64,000 nt of DNA, taken from positions 2,144 through 66,143 of the forward strand of contig CAJTWA010000018.1 of assembly GCA_910580195.1 (NCBI GenBank), given 5' to 3'. Both the position numbers and the translations under genes were made by a program. The notes under the pieces are model-generated. The model saw nothing but the letters and a program-made list of their open reading frames with translations. It searched no databases and had not been told where the DNA came from. The stretch comes from an uncultured Lachnospiraceae bacterium. GTDB taxonomy: Bacteria; Bacillota; Clostridia; Lachnospirales; Lachnospiraceae. Shown piece by piece: positions 39,005-49,321 of this stretch. The first letter of the stretch is position 1; each line of letters opens with the position of its first letter.

Positions 39005-39424
39005 ATGGTACAAATAATAGCTGGAGAAAAGGGAAAAGGTAAGACAAAGCATCTGTTAGACAAGGTAAATGAATCAATCAAATCTGCTACCGGCAATATC
39101 GTATATTTGGACAAAAGCCAGAAGCATATGTACGAGTTAAGCAACAAAGTCCGTTTAATCAATGTAGCAGATTATATGGTTTCCAATTGCGACGAATTTT
39201 TGGGGTTCCTTTGCGGGGTGATTTCCCAGGACCACGACTTAGAAGAGATGTATCTGGACAGTTTCCTTACCATTGCAAAATTAGAAGGCAGCGATATCAG
39301 CCATGCAATTGCAAAATTAGAATCTATCAGTGAAAAGTTCCATGTGGATTTTGTTTTAAGCATTTCCCTGAATGAGAAGGATTTGCCAGAATGTGCCAAA
39401 GGCAAAGTAATTGTGTCATTGTAG
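39005..39424 (+). CDS. Conserved hypothetical protein with P-loop-like GEKGKGKT
   Basis: AGGAGG RBS, 139-aa ORF. Confidence 0.75.
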   Translation: MVQIIAGEKGKGKTKHLLDKVNESIKSATGNIVYLDKSQKHMYELSNKVRLINVADYMVSNCDEFLGFLCGVISQDHDLEEMYLDSFLTIAKLEGSDISHAIAKLESISEKFHVDFVLSISLNEKDLPECAKGKVIVSL

Positions 39425-39460
39425 GGGCATTACAGGAGATGTAAATAAGCAGCATGTAGG

Positions 39461-39497
39461 AAAAGGGGTTATCGAAGAACCGATAGCCCCTTTTTTA
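39461..39497. terminator. Bidirectional intrinsic terminator
   Basis: AAAAGGGGTTATCG-AAGAAC-CGATAGCCCCTTTTTT between convergent genes. Confidence 0.8.
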
Positions 39498-39577
39498 CCA
39501 TATTGGGAATCGAGAAAATCCCCGTTTCTTAGCTATATGGTAAAACCCACGCGGTCTAATTGCATGTCCTTTGGGGG

Positions 39578-39790
39578 TTATGCTTCGTTCATGGAACGGA
39601 TGCGGCCGAACACGCTGCAAAGGTACAGCCCGCCGATTCCTACAATTCCATAAACAATCCGGGTCAGCCAGCTCATATCCCCAAACAGAAATGATACAAG
39701 GTCAAACCGGAACAGCCCAATCAGCCCCCAGTTAATTGCGCCGATAATGACAAGGGCAAGCAACGTGTAATCCAAACCTTTGGTATTCAT
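39578..39790 (-). CDS. DUF378-family small membrane protein
   Basis: LVIIGAINWGLIG...DLV...RIVY; GGAGG RBS. Confidence 0.88.
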   Translation of the reverse strand: MNTKGLDYTLLALVIIGAINWGLIGLFRFDLVSFLFGDMSWLTRIVYGIVGIGGLYLCSVFGRIRSMNEA

Positions 39791-39979
39791 ATTCATTCCT
39801 CCTTTTTCAGGATTTAGTATTTCCAACCAGAAAAAAATCATGTTGGAAATTCATGGAAGTATTGAGTTTCTGCCCTTAAAATGTTAGAATGTTTTTGGCT
39901 GCTAAGAGATATATAATGCCCTTGCAAGCAGGGCACTTGGCCCGTTGCCTGCGGGAATAAAAACAAGGTTTGGGAATTT

Positions 39980-41365
39980 ATGGAGAAAAAGAAAAATAAG
40001 AAAGTTGTAAAATTTCACCGCACGTCACATTTTAATATAGGGATTATCGTTTTCGCCATCATCTTCATTTACATGCTCTATAATATGTACCAGTATTTTA
40101 CGGAAAAAAAGACGGCAATCTATGAGGTGACACAGGGGACAATTACACAAGACAACACTTTCACAGGCGTTGCCCTGCGGGAAGAGAAGGTATTTGCCGC
40201 AGAAGCCTCCGGATATATCAATTATTATAACCGGGACGCCTCGAAAGTCAGCATAAATTCTTACATATATTCCGTTGACGGGAATGGGGATTTTTATCAG
40301 GAAATCACCAAAAAAAACGACGGGCAGCTTTTCGCAGAGAAAGGCTCCTATGACGAACTGGAAAAGACTGCTGCAAATTATGTGCTGGGCTATTCCGATG
40401 AAAATTTTTATCAGGTGTATAGCTTCCAATACGACATGGAAGCGGAACTGATGGAAGCCTTAAGCTCCAATGCACTGGCAAACCTCGGGGAATTTTCCGG
40501 CGGAGCCTCTGGGTTCCATGCCTATACCGCACCGGAACCGGGGATTGTGGTATACAATACCGACGGCTTAGAAGAGGTGACTGCAGATAATTTCACCAAA
40601 GACATCTTTGACGCGTCCGCACATGCCAAGAATAACTTGATTTCCCGGGAGCAAGTCACCGCCGGGGAGCCTGCCTACAAGCTGGTGACAAGTGAAATCT
40701 GGGATTTGCTCATCCCGGTTTCTGAGGATTTGGCAAAGGATTTGGCAGAAGAGTCCAACATCCAGATAGAATTTAAAAAAGACAACACCAAGGCATGGGG
40801 GACATCCCGGATTTTAAACAAAGATGGGGACTGGTATTTAATCCTGACATTCCAAAATTCTGCTATCCGCTTTGCCGCTGACCGGTACTTGGAAGTCAAA
40901 TTATTGCTGTCCGACACCAATGGGCTGAAAATCCCCAATACCGCATTGGTAAGCAAAGATTTCTTCCTCATCCCAAAGGATTTCCTCACCAAAGGCGGGG
41001 ACAATAATTCCAACGGGGTGATGCGCCAGTATGTAGATGGGAAAGGCAAAACCGTCATGGAATTTGCCGCTGCCACCGTTGCAGAAGAAACAGAGGATAA
41101 ATACTACATTACAGGGTCGGGCCTGAAAAAAAGCGACACCATTATCAAGCCCGACTCCAATGAGGAATTAGTGTTAAGGGAAACCGCGCCGCTGCAAGGC
41201 GTTTACAATGTCAACAAAGGCTACGCCGTATTCCGCAAAGTGGAAATCTTGTTCCAGAACCAAGAATACACCATTGTCGATACAGGGACAAATTTTGGCA
41301 TATCCCTTTATGACCATATTGCGCTGGACGCATCTTCCATTGCGGAAAATGAAATTATCCATTAA
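39980..41365 (+). CDS. Putative membrane-fusion (HlyD-like) membrane-anchored protein
   Basis: N-terminal TM, ASGYI, PGIVVYNTDG, GLKIP; located before yggS-sepF. Confidence 0.65.
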   Translation: MEKKKNKKVVKFHRTSHFNIGIIVFAIIFIYMLYNMYQYFTEKKTAIYEVTQGTITQDNTFTGVALREEKVFAAEASGYINYYNRDASKVSINSYIYSVDGNGDFYQEITKKNDGQLFAEKGSYDELEKTAANYVLGYSDENFYQVYSFQYDMEAELMEALSSNALANLGEFSGGASGFHAYTAPEPGIVVYNTDGLEEVTADNFTKDIFDASAHAKNNLISREQVTAGEPAYKLVTSEIWDLLIPVSEDLAKDLAEESNIQIEFKKDNTKAWGTSRILNKDGDWYLILTFQNSAIRFAADRYLEVKLLLSDTNGLKIPNTALVSKDFFLIPKDFLTKGGDNNSNGVMRQYVDGKGKTVMEFAAATVAEETEDKYYITGSGLKKSDTIIKPDSNEELVLRETAPLQGVYNVNKGYAVFRKVEILFQNQEYTIVDTGTNFGISLYDHIALDASSIAENEIIH

Positions 41366-41443
41366 AATTAAAACGGAGGAACCCATCTGGCGGAAAGCAA
41401 TTTTAAAGCATCCTAAGGCAACAAAAAAACAGGAGGAACACCC

Positions 41444-42133
41444 ATGATAAGCGATAATATAAAAAAAATACAAAAAAATATAGAAAAATCATGCCAAAAG
41501 GCAGGCAGGGACCCAAAGGAAGTAACCTTGATTGCCGTGAGCAAGACAAAGCCAATCCCTATGCTGGAAGAAGCATACCAAGCTGGGAGCCGCGACTTTG
41601 GGGAAAATAAGGTCCAAGAAATCATGGACAAGCACCCAGCGCTGCCAGAGGATATCCGCTGGCATATGATTGGGCACCTGCAGAGGAACAAGGTAAAATA
41701 CATTGTGGATAAGGTTGCCCTGGTCCATTCGGTGGATTCCCTGCGCTTGGCCGAGGAACTCAGCCGCCAAGCCGGAAAAAAGCAGGCGGAAATAGACGTC
41801 CTTGTGGAAGTCAACATTGCAGAAGAAGAGAGCAAGTTCGGCACATCCCGGGCAGAGGCCATCCAATTAGTGGAAGAAATGGCAAAACTCCCCCATATCC
41901 ATGTCAAAGGCCTTATGACAATCGCCCCATTTGTGGAAGATCCGGAGGAAAACCGGAAATATTTTCGCCAAATCAAGGAATTATCTGTTGACATAACGAA
42001 GAAAAACATTGATAATGTAAGTATGTCTGTACTTTCCATGGGAATGACAAATGACTATATGGTAGCAGTAGAAGAAGGGGCAACCATGGTCCGTGTGGGA
42101 ACAGGCATTTTTGGAGAACGGAACTATAATTAG
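41444..42133 (+). CDS. yggS: PLP homeostasis protein YggS/YlmE
   Basis: LIAVSK, FGENKVQE, WHMIGHLQRNK, LSMGM, VRVGT. Confidence 0.95.
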   Translation: MISDNIKKIQKNIEKSCQKAGRDPKEVTLIAVSKTKPIPMLEEAYQAGSRDFGENKVQEIMDKHPALPEDIRWHMIGHLQRNKVKYIVDKVALVHSVDSLRLAEELSRQAGKKQAEIDVLVEVNIAEEESKFGTSRAEAIQLVEEMAKLPHIHVKGLMTIAPFVEDPEENRKYFRQIKELSVDITKKNIDNVSMSVLSMGMTNDYMVAVEEGATMVRVGTGIFGERNYN

Positions 42134-42169
42134 CATAAAAATAATATTGTTATTAAGGGAGATTATTTT

Positions 42170-42691
42170 ATGGGAATGCTTGATAAATTTTTAGATGTTA
42201 TGCGGTTAAATGACGACGATGACTTCTATGATGACGATTATTACGATGATGACGATTATGAAGAGGAAAAGCCCAAACGGAAAAGCTTAGCCAAAGAAAA
42301 ATCTTCGGAACCAGAGGATGAGCCCTATGAAGAGAAACGCCCCCGGCCAGTAAAATCACAGAAAGTAACCCCCATGCGCCCTTCCAAACGGTCCAGCGCC
42401 TCTGGGATGGAAGTCTGCGTCATCAAGCCCACAACCGTAGACGACGCAAGGGAAGTGACGGAAACCTTGCTCCTAGACCGGCCTGTGGTGCTGAATGTGG
42501 AAGGCCTGGACGTGGATATTGCACAGCGGATTATCGACTTTATTTCCGGATCCTGCTTCGCCATCAGCGGGAACCTCCAGAAGATTTCTAACTACATATT
42601 TATCATCACACCGCCCAATGTAGACATTTCCGGCGATTTTGACACCATTGTAGATACCTATGGCGGCACCACCATCCGGTCAGAATTTTAA
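42170..42691 (+). CDS. sepF: Cell division protein SepF
   Basis: VVLN...AQRIIDFISG...IFIITP. Confidence 0.92.
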   Translation: MGMLDKFLDVMRLNDDDDFYDDDYYDDDDYEEEKPKRKSLAKEKSSEPEDEPYEEKRPRPVKSQKVTPMRPSKRSSASGMEVCVIKPTTVDDAREVTETLLLDRPVVLNVEGLDVDIAQRIIDFISGSCFAISGNLQKISNYIFIITPPNVDISGDFDTIVDTYGGTTIRSEF

Positions 42692-42705
42692 ACAGGGAAG
42701 GGCAT

Positions 42706-43458
42706 ATGGTAAAAGAAGAAGAATTATTAGCAAAACGGCTGATTGACTTGTCTAGGCAGGCACAGCAGAAGAACATCGTTGTTTTCAGCGATTTTTTAAA
42801 CCTCAACGAATTGAATATTTTCCGCCAGCAAAGCGCAGAGTTCTACTCCGGTTCTGAATGTTTTGGCGGTTACGGATTAAGTGAGCGTCAGATGGTTGCA
42901 TTTCTACCTGATGCTCTTTGTTATGACTGGCGCTTTCCGATTGCCTGCCTTAAAATCACCCCGGTAAATGCAAGGTTTGCAGAAGCCCTAAACCACCGGG
43001 ACGTACTGGGGAGCCTCATGAACCTTGGGCTGGAGCGCTCCCGGCTGGGGGATATTTTAATCGACGGCTCCTTGGCCTACGTATTCTGCCACGAAAAGAT
43101 TGCAGGATATATTGCGGAAAACCTGACAAGGATACGCCATACTACCGTCATGGCAGAACCGGCATCCCTGAAGGATGTGCAGATAGGGCCAAAGAAAGAA
43201 TTTGCCGAAGGCATTATCACCTCAAACCGCTTAGACAGCATAGTTGCTTGCATCTGCAAGGTTTCCCGTTCCCAAGCAAGCCAATGGATACGGGGCGGGC
43301 GCGTCTTTATCAACAGCCGGGAAACCCTTCAGGCCACCTATGTGTGCAAGCCGCAGGAACTGATTTCTGTCCGTTCCGTCGGGCGGTTCCAATTCTTGGG
43401 CAGTACCGGGGAAACCCGCAAGGGACGGATGAAAATACAGTATGAAAAATATATTTGA
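42706..43458 (+). CDS. ylmH: YlmH S4-domain RNA-binding protein
   Basis: FGGY..SER, HRDVLGSLM, RLD, S4 domain. Confidence 0.9.
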   Translation: MVKEEELLAKRLIDLSRQAQQKNIVVFSDFLNLNELNIFRQQSAEFYSGSECFGGYGLSERQMVAFLPDALCYDWRFPIACLKITPVNARFAEALNHRDVLGSLMNLGLERSRLGDILIDGSLAYVFCHEKIAGYIAENLTRIRHTTVMAEPASLKDVQIGPKKEFAEGIITSNRLDSIVACICKVSRSQASQWIRGGRVFINSRETLQATYVCKPQELISVRSVGRFQFLGSTGETRKGRMKIQYEKYI

Positions 43459-43731
43459 GCGATTTTGGCAAGTTTTGGGGATCCGGCTTTGGGAAAGGCA
43501 TGGCCGGTTACCTTTCCGGCAGCCTGCATATAAGGGAATTTGTGGCTCTGGATGGAACCCATATCAATGAACCACCCCGCAGCAGAGCTGCAGGGTATCA
43601 ACCCAACCTCGCTCTGCTTGGTATAACTCCGGTTGCAGCAACCTGAAGGGTATCAGGCCCATGAACGGATAGACCATATACGCCAAACGAACAGAAAGGG
43701 ACAGTATGCGCTGCATACTTAGGAATTAATT

Positions 43732-44850
43732 ATGGGAAAAACAATTACCGTAAATTTCGGGGGAAAGCCGTGCTATGATATTGTAATCCAAAGGGATTTC
43801 CGGCTCCTCCCAGAAAAGTTAACAAACCTTGGGTACGGGCAGAACCGTGCATGCATCATAACCGAAACCAACGTAGGGGAACTGTACCAAAAAGAAATAG
43901 AAGCCTTGCTTTCCCCCATGTTTTCCTCCTGCACCACATTTCTGTTTGAAGCAGGGGAGAGCAGCAAAAACACCGATACCGTTGGAAAATTATATGGGCA
44001 CTTAATCCAGAATTCCTTTGACCGGAAAGATGTCCTCATTGCATTGGGCGGCGGGGTCGTAGGGGATTTGGCTGGGTTTGCCGCAGCGACATACCTGCGG
44101 GGGATTGATTTCGTGCAGGTGCCAACTTCCTTGCTGGCCCAAACCGACAGCAGCATCGGCGGGAAAACCGGCGTGGATTTCATGCAGTATAAAAATATGG
44201 TAGGGGCATTTTATATGCCTAAACTAGTTTATATGAATATATCTGCCCTGAAAAGCCTGCCCAAACGCCAATTTTCCTCCGGCACAGCCGAATTAATTAA
44301 GCACGGCTTTATCAAAGACAAGGCTTATACCGCATTTATCAAAAACAACAGCACTTCCATCTTAGCACAGGACAGCCAAACCATGGAAGATATGATATAC
44401 ACAAGCTGCCAGATAAAACGGGACGTCGTTGAAAAAGACCCCAAAGAGCAGGGAGAGCGGGCATTGCTGAATTTCGGGCATACCATTGGCCATGCCATTG
44501 AGAAATTGTCTGGCTTCACCTTGTACCATGGGGAATGTGTTTCCCTCGGCATGGTGGGCGCAGCCTATATTTCCTTCCAAAAAGGCAATATTACGCTGGA
44601 AGAACTGGAAACAATCACGCAGATTTTAAAAAGCTACGGCCTTCCAGTCCGTCTCCCGGATTTCGCCCACACCCCGGAAGAAATCCTTGCAGCCACTAAA
44701 CTGGACAAGAAAATGGAATCTGGGAAAATAAAGTTTATTTTGCTAAAAACCCTTGGAGAAGCCTATATCACAAAGGAATTGGCAAACCATGACCTTTTGG
44801 GAGGCATCCGCTATATCATGGAACAAGGGACTGAAAGGATATTGGAATGA
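43732..44850 (+). CDS. aroB: 3-dehydroquinate synthase
   Basis: GGGVVGD, DSSIGGKTG, LNFGHTIGHAIE. Confidence 0.96.
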   Translation: MGKTITVNFGGKPCYDIVIQRDFRLLPEKLTNLGYGQNRACIITETNVGELYQKEIEALLSPMFSSCTTFLFEAGESSKNTDTVGKLYGHLIQNSFDRKDVLIALGGGVVGDLAGFAAATYLRGIDFVQVPTSLLAQTDSSIGGKTGVDFMQYKNMVGAFYMPKLVYMNISALKSLPKRQFSSGTAELIKHGFIKDKAYTAFIKNNSTSILAQDSQTMEDMIYTSCQIKRDVVEKDPKEQGERALLNFGHTIGHAIEKLSGFTLYHGECVSLGMVGAAYISFQKGNITLEELETITQILKSYGLPVRLPDFAHTPEEILAATKLDKKMESGKIKFILLKTLGEAYITKELANHDLLGGIRYIMEQGTERILE

Positions 44851-45428
44851 GCCAGAAAGAACGGAATAGCTGCATCCTCTCTGTAGCAAGGAACCCAAAA
44901 AAACGGAATAGCTGCATCCTCTATGCGGCCAGCGTGTGCATCCTGCTGGCCTTGGATCAGTTTACAAAATATCTGGCCTCTGCCCACCTGAAACATGGAA
45001 ACTCCATCGTCCTTATCAAAGGCGTGTTCCAACTGCAATATTTAGAGAACAGGGGGGCAGCGTTTGGCTTGCTTCAGGGGCAGAAGCTATGGTTTGTGAC
45101 AATTACTTTTGCCATGCTGGCATTGATGGCCATGGTATACCTGCGCACCCCAATGGAAAAAAAGTACCGTTGGCTCAGGGGCATCCTATCGCTTCTGACT
45201 GCAGGCGCAATTGGGAACCTCATTGACCGCCTGCGCTTGGAATATGTGGTAGACTTCTTCTATTTTGAATTAATCAACTTCCCCATTTTCAATGTAGCAG
45301 ATATCTATGTAACCCTTGGCATGGGGCTTTTGCTGGTACTAGTCCTTTTCTATTATAAAGAAGAAGAACTGGAACTGCTCTGGCCATTCCCAAAAAGGGG
45401 GCAGGGAAATGAAAAAACAGGAAACTAG
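44847..45428 (+). CDS. lspA: Lipoprotein signal peptidase II (N-terminal 42-bp duplication)
   Basis: LDQFTK, NRGAAFG, GNLIDR, VVDF, FNVAD; RNSCIL is repeated. Confidence 0.94.
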   Translation: MSQKERNSCILSVARNPKKRNSCILYAASVCILLALDQFTKYLASAHLKHGNSIVLIKGVFQLQYLENRGAAFGLLQGQKLWFVTITFAMLALMAMVYLRTPMEKKYRWLRGILSLLTAGAIGNLIDRLRLEYVVDFFYFELINFPIFNVADIYVTLGMGLLLVLVLFYYKEEELELLWPFPKRGQGNEKTGN

Positions 45429-46464
45429 CGTAGATTCCCCAGCATCCCGGAACAAACAAGGCAGCGGCCAGGCCTTATCGGGACAAAACCTAAACAAACA
45501 AAGCAGTATCCAAAACCCACAGGCCTTGACAGGGCAGGATTCAGGCTGGCAAGGCAGCGTCCAAACTTACCAAATCCTGCCAGAACAGGCTGGGGAACGT
45601 TTAGATAAGTTCCTTTCCATGGCCTGTGGGGGTTATTCCCGCTCCTTCATCCAGAAATTAGCCAAGGATGGGAGAGTACTAGTAAACCAAAAAGTCCAGA
45701 AATCCAATTATAAAGTCTGCCAGAATGACTGTATCCAAATCACCATCCCTCCAGTAACAGAACTGGAAATCTTACCCGAAGATATCCCGCTGGACATTCT
45801 TTACGAGGATTCTGACCTCTTGGTTGTCAATAAGCCAAAGGGCATGGTGGTACATCCTTCTGCGGGGCACTTTTCCGGCACCTTGGTAAATGCAGTCCTA
45901 TACCATTGCAAAGACAGCCTTTCCGGCATCAACGGGGTGATGCGGCCGGGAATTGTCCACCGGATTGACATGGACACCACGGGGACATTAATTATCTGCA
46001 AGAACGACAATGCCCATATCAAAATTGCAGAACAGATAAAGAGCCATTCTGTTACCAGACGCTACGTCGGCATTGTAAAGGGAATTGCCAAACAGGAGAG
46101 CGGGACAGTAGAAGGCGCCATCGGGAGGCATCCCGTTGACCGGAAAAAGATGGCAATTAATCTGCCCCACGGGAAACATGCCGTGACCCATTACAAGGTA
46201 CTGGAACGTTTTTCCAAACACACCTATATGGAATTTGAACTGGAAACAGGGCGGACACACCAAATACGCGTCCATATGGCAAGCATCGGGCATCCCCTTT
46301 TGGGGGATGAGGTATATGGGGCAGGGAAATCCCCTTGGAAACTGCAGGGGCAGACGCTCCATGCAGCAACCATAGGCTTTATCCATCCGGTTACGGAAGA
46401 GTATTTGGAAGTCACAGCGCCTTTGCCGGAATATTTTGAGGAGCTGCTAAAAAAAGGTTTATAA
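45409..46464 (+). CDS. RluA/RluD-family pseudouridine synthase with low-complexity N-terminal extension
   Basis: S4 RLDKFL, NKPKGMVVHP, HRIDMDTTG, TGRTHQIRVH. Confidence 0.93.
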   Translation: MKKQETSVDSPASRNKQGSGQALSGQNLNKQSSIQNPQALTGQDSGWQGSVQTYQILPEQAGERLDKFLSMACGGYSRSFIQKLAKDGRVLVNQKVQKSNYKVCQNDCIQITIPPVTELEILPEDIPLDILYEDSDLLVVNKPKGMVVHPSAGHFSGTLVNAVLYHCKDSLSGINGVMRPGIVHRIDMDTTGTLIICKNDNAHIKIAEQIKSHSVTRRYVGIVKGIAKQESGTVEGAIGRHPVDRKKMAINLPHGKHAVTHYKVLERFSKHTYMEFELETGRTHQIRVHMASIGHPLLGDEVYGAGKSPWKLQGQTLHAATIGFIHPVTEEYLEVTAPLPEYFEELLKKGL

Positions 46465-46703
46465 AAGGCATTAGCCTATGGCATTACAGCGTATGGGAAA
46501 TGGGACTAAAATGGTATTATCCTACAACATCACAGCGTATGGGAAATGGCAAACCATATGCTTTTGCATCATCAGCAAATCTGCTAAATTGTATATACAT
46601 TTCAGGAAAATTATAGTATAATAGCAATATAACATAATTTTAAGGCACAATTTTAATCTTTGCACCTCTATGTAAAGATTACTAATCGAAAGGTGGTATT
46701 TAT

Positions 46704-47336
46704 ATGGGACAATTCGTAATCACAATCGGCCGGGAATTTGGGAGCGGGGGCTTAGACGTAGGCCGGATGCTTTCGGAACAGTTAAATGTAAAATGTTATG
46801 ACAAGGAACTGCTTTCCATGGCTGCCAAGGAAAGCGGGTTATGCCAAGAAATATTTGAAAACCATGATGAAAAGCCAACCAGCAGCTTTCTCTATTCCTT
46901 GGTAATGGATACGTATTCTGTCAGCGGCTATACTTCAGCGCCTTTCTTGGATATGCCCCTGAACCACAAGGTGTTCCTTGCACAATTTGAAGCCATTAAA
47001 AACCTTGCAAAAAAAGAATCCTGCATTATCGTTGGGCGCTGCGCAGATTATGCATTAGCAGAACATCCCAATTGCATCAACGTATTTATCCATGCAGGCC
47101 TTGCTTTCCGCATTGACCATGTCATGCAGACCTTTGGCTTATCCAAGGAAAAGGCCACAGACATGATCCACAAAACAGACAAGAAGCGGGCAAGCTACTA
47201 TAATTATTACTCCAGCAAGAAATGGGGCGATTCCAGAAGCTACCATCTCACATTGGATAGCAGCCAGCTTGGCCTTCAAGGATGCAGTGAAATGATCCTT
47301 AACTACATGGACATCCAAAAGAAATACAAAAAGTAA
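46704..47336 (+). CDS. Cytidylate kinase-like family protein
   Basis: ITIGREFGSGG, IVGRCADY, DKKRASYY. Confidence 0.88.
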   Translation: MGQFVITIGREFGSGGLDVGRMLSEQLNVKCYDKELLSMAAKESGLCQEIFENHDEKPTSSFLYSLVMDTYSVSGYTSAPFLDMPLNHKVFLAQFEAIKNLAKKESCIIVGRCADYALAEHPNCINVFIHAGLAFRIDHVMQTFGLSKEKATDMIHKTDKKRASYYNYYSSKKWGDSRSYHLTLDSSQLGLQGCSEMILNYMDIQKKYKK

Positions 47337-48401
47337 TTAACTATCTTCATGGAAAATGCTCCCTGAGAACTTGCCCGCCAGCCTTCTGCGCTCATCATCC
47401 ATTGCAGCGTAGTGCTGGCGGGTGGTTTCTACGCTTTTATGCCCTAAGGCATCCGCAACTAGGTAAATGTCGCCTGTTTCTTTATAAAGGTTCGTCCCAT
47501 AGGTACTGCGGAGCTTATGGGGGGTGATTTTTTTACTGATATTTGCCGCATCCGTATATTTTTTCACCAACTTTTCTACGGACCGGGTAGTAAGGCGGCT
47601 GTATTTTAAGGAAAGGAACAAGGCATGTTCATGTTCCGGCAGCGCTTTTTCTGCCAGAAGCGGGCGTTCCATTTCCAAATAGTCCAATAAAGCATTGCTT
47701 ACCTCTTCCCCAAAATAAACTATGGATTCATTCCCGCCTTTCCGGACTACCCTCATTCCCTGGTTCTTAAAACTCACATCCTTAACATCCAGCCCTACAC
47801 ATTCGGACACACGGATTCCCGTGCCCAGCAACAGCGTTAAGATTGCAATATCCCGGTATTTGGTTTTTTGGTGGGAAGCAAGCTGCTTTGCCGTAAGGGA
47901 ACTCCCGTTCTCTACTGTAGAAATCAAGTCTGCAACTTCATCTTTATCCAGGCGGATGATATTATCTTTATGCTTTTTGGGCGTTTCTATCATAGAAGGG
48001 GCGTTTGTCTTAATAAATTCTTTTTTAAAATAGTAGTTGTACATGGTCCGTATAGCAGAAAGTTTCCGGGATTTCCCTTTTTCCCCATTCGTGACAGCCT
48101 GCCCGTCTTTTCTCTCGTAGTAGGAGAGGTATGCAAGGTATTCCTCAATATCTACCGGAGTCATCTCATCCAAAACGCCCAACGGAATCTCATGCATAGG
48201 GATTTTCTGGTAGATGGGATTTTTTTCTTGGATAAACTCAAAAAACAGGCGGATATCATACCCATAAGACAGCCTAGTCCTTGAGGCCGTGTTCCTTGTG
48301 TCAAGATACCGGAAAAAATCTGCACAGAATTTGGGAAGTTCCTTTAATAATCCCTGTAATTTCCGTTTATTTTCCAAATTAATTTTTTCAACGTAATCCA
48401 T
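47337..48401 (-). CDS. Xer-type tyrosine recombinase (XerC/XerS-like)
   Basis: TGIRVSE, RKGG, TPHKLRST, LGH, TT..Y catalytic residues; no mobile-element context. Confidence 0.9.
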   Translation of the reverse strand: MDYVEKINLENKRKLQGLLKELPKFCADFFRYLDTRNTASRTRLSYGYDIRLFFEFIQEKNPIYQKIPMHEIPLGVLDEMTPVDIEEYLAYLSYYERKDGQAVTNGEKGKSRKLSAIRTMYNYYFKKEFIKTNAPSMIETPKKHKDNIIRLDKDEVADLISTVENGSSLTAKQLASHQKTKYRDIAILTLLLGTGIRVSECVGLDVKDVSFKNQGMRVVRKGGNESIVYFGEEVSNALLDYLEMERPLLAEKALPEHEHALFLSLKYSRLTTRSVEKLVKKYTDAANISKKITPHKLRSTYGTNLYKETGDIYLVADALGHKSVETTRQHYAAMDDERRRLAGKFSGSIFHEDS

Positions 48402-48620
48402 AAAAACTCCTTATCAAAAATGAATAATTTCCTAAAAACCAAAGCAGCTTTGTGTGTGGTGTTACAATGCATTTATTTTTTATTGATTCCATAAATTTTC
48501 TTTATCCATGTTTTTCTTAACCAAAACGGCATTTTTACCATATAGCATGCCACAAATTAAAATGATTTTAAAATAAGTAAAGTTAGAATGAAACTGGGGC
48601 AAAATGCTGCGCTTAATGCG

Positions 48621-48656
48621 CATCAGTTCGTAAAATCAACATTTCGCGAACTGATG
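48621..48656. other. Candidate dif-type recombination site
   Basis: AGTTCGTAAAA-TCAACA-TTTCGCGAACT (11-6-11, 48625-48652), about 220 bp upstream of the recombinase, at the gene-strand switch. Confidence 0.6.
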
Positions 48657-48716
48657 GATTGAATTCCGCCAAAACCCATTTCACATCTCCTCCCCACAAA
48701 GCCCATGCCATTTGCG

Positions 48717-49178
48717 TTATGGGCTATTCGGAACAAGTTCTTCCGAATCCAGCAAAATGGTAAACGGGCCGTCATTCAATAAGGAAATTTTCATATTTGC
48801 ACCGAAAGAACCTGTCTGCACAGACGGGACTTGCTTTCTACATTCTGAAACAATATATCCATACAAATCCTCTGCAAGTTCCGGGGAGCCAGCTTTGGTA
48901 AAGGATGGCCGGTTGCCCTTCCGGCAGTCCGCATATAAGGTAAATTGCGAAACCAAAAGCAACCCGCCCGCAACATCTTGCAGGGACAAATTCGTCTTCC
49001 CATTCACATCTTCAAAAATACGCATATTTACCAGCTTACGGATCATCTTATCCGCAATTTCCTTTGTATCCTCTTGGCTGATTCCAATGAACACAAGGAA
49101 CCCTGTCCCAATTTTGCCAATTATGCCCTGTTCCACCTCAACTTCCGCGTGAGTGACGCGCTGAACCAAAAATCTCAT
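48717..49178 (-). CDS. dtd: D-aminoacyl-tRNA deacylase
   Basis: VQRV, LVSQFTL, GNRPSF, NDGPFT. Confidence 0.96.
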   Translation of the reverse strand: MRFLVQRVTHAEVEVEQGIIGKIGTGFLVFIGISQEDTKEIADKMIRKLVNMRIFEDVNGKTNLSLQDVAGGLLLVSQFTLYADCRKGNRPSFTKAGSPELAEDLYGYIVSECRKQVPSVQTGSFGANMKISLLNDGPFTILLDSEELVPNSP

Positions 49179-49321
49179 AGCCCTTCTCCATTCTGTTTAC
49201 CATATTCTGCTGAATGATGCAAAACCGTATTTATGCCTTTATTATGTAAGCGATTTCTATTATAATTGGAATATTAGAAAAACACAATATTTATGTGGTA
49301 ATTTGCCCTGAAATAGATTTT

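Noticed and set aside
39005..39424. PilT twitching-motility ATPase
   Set aside because: At 139 aa it is far too short and lacks PilT motifs beyond a P-loop-like stretch.
43455..43731. Gene or divIVA remnant between ylmH and aroB
   Set aside because: The 63-aa ORF has no recognisable motif, and I see no DivIVA-like coiled coil.
47337..48401. Prophage or ICE integrase
   Set aside because: Flanked by housekeeping genes, with no cargo, tRNA target or att duplication.
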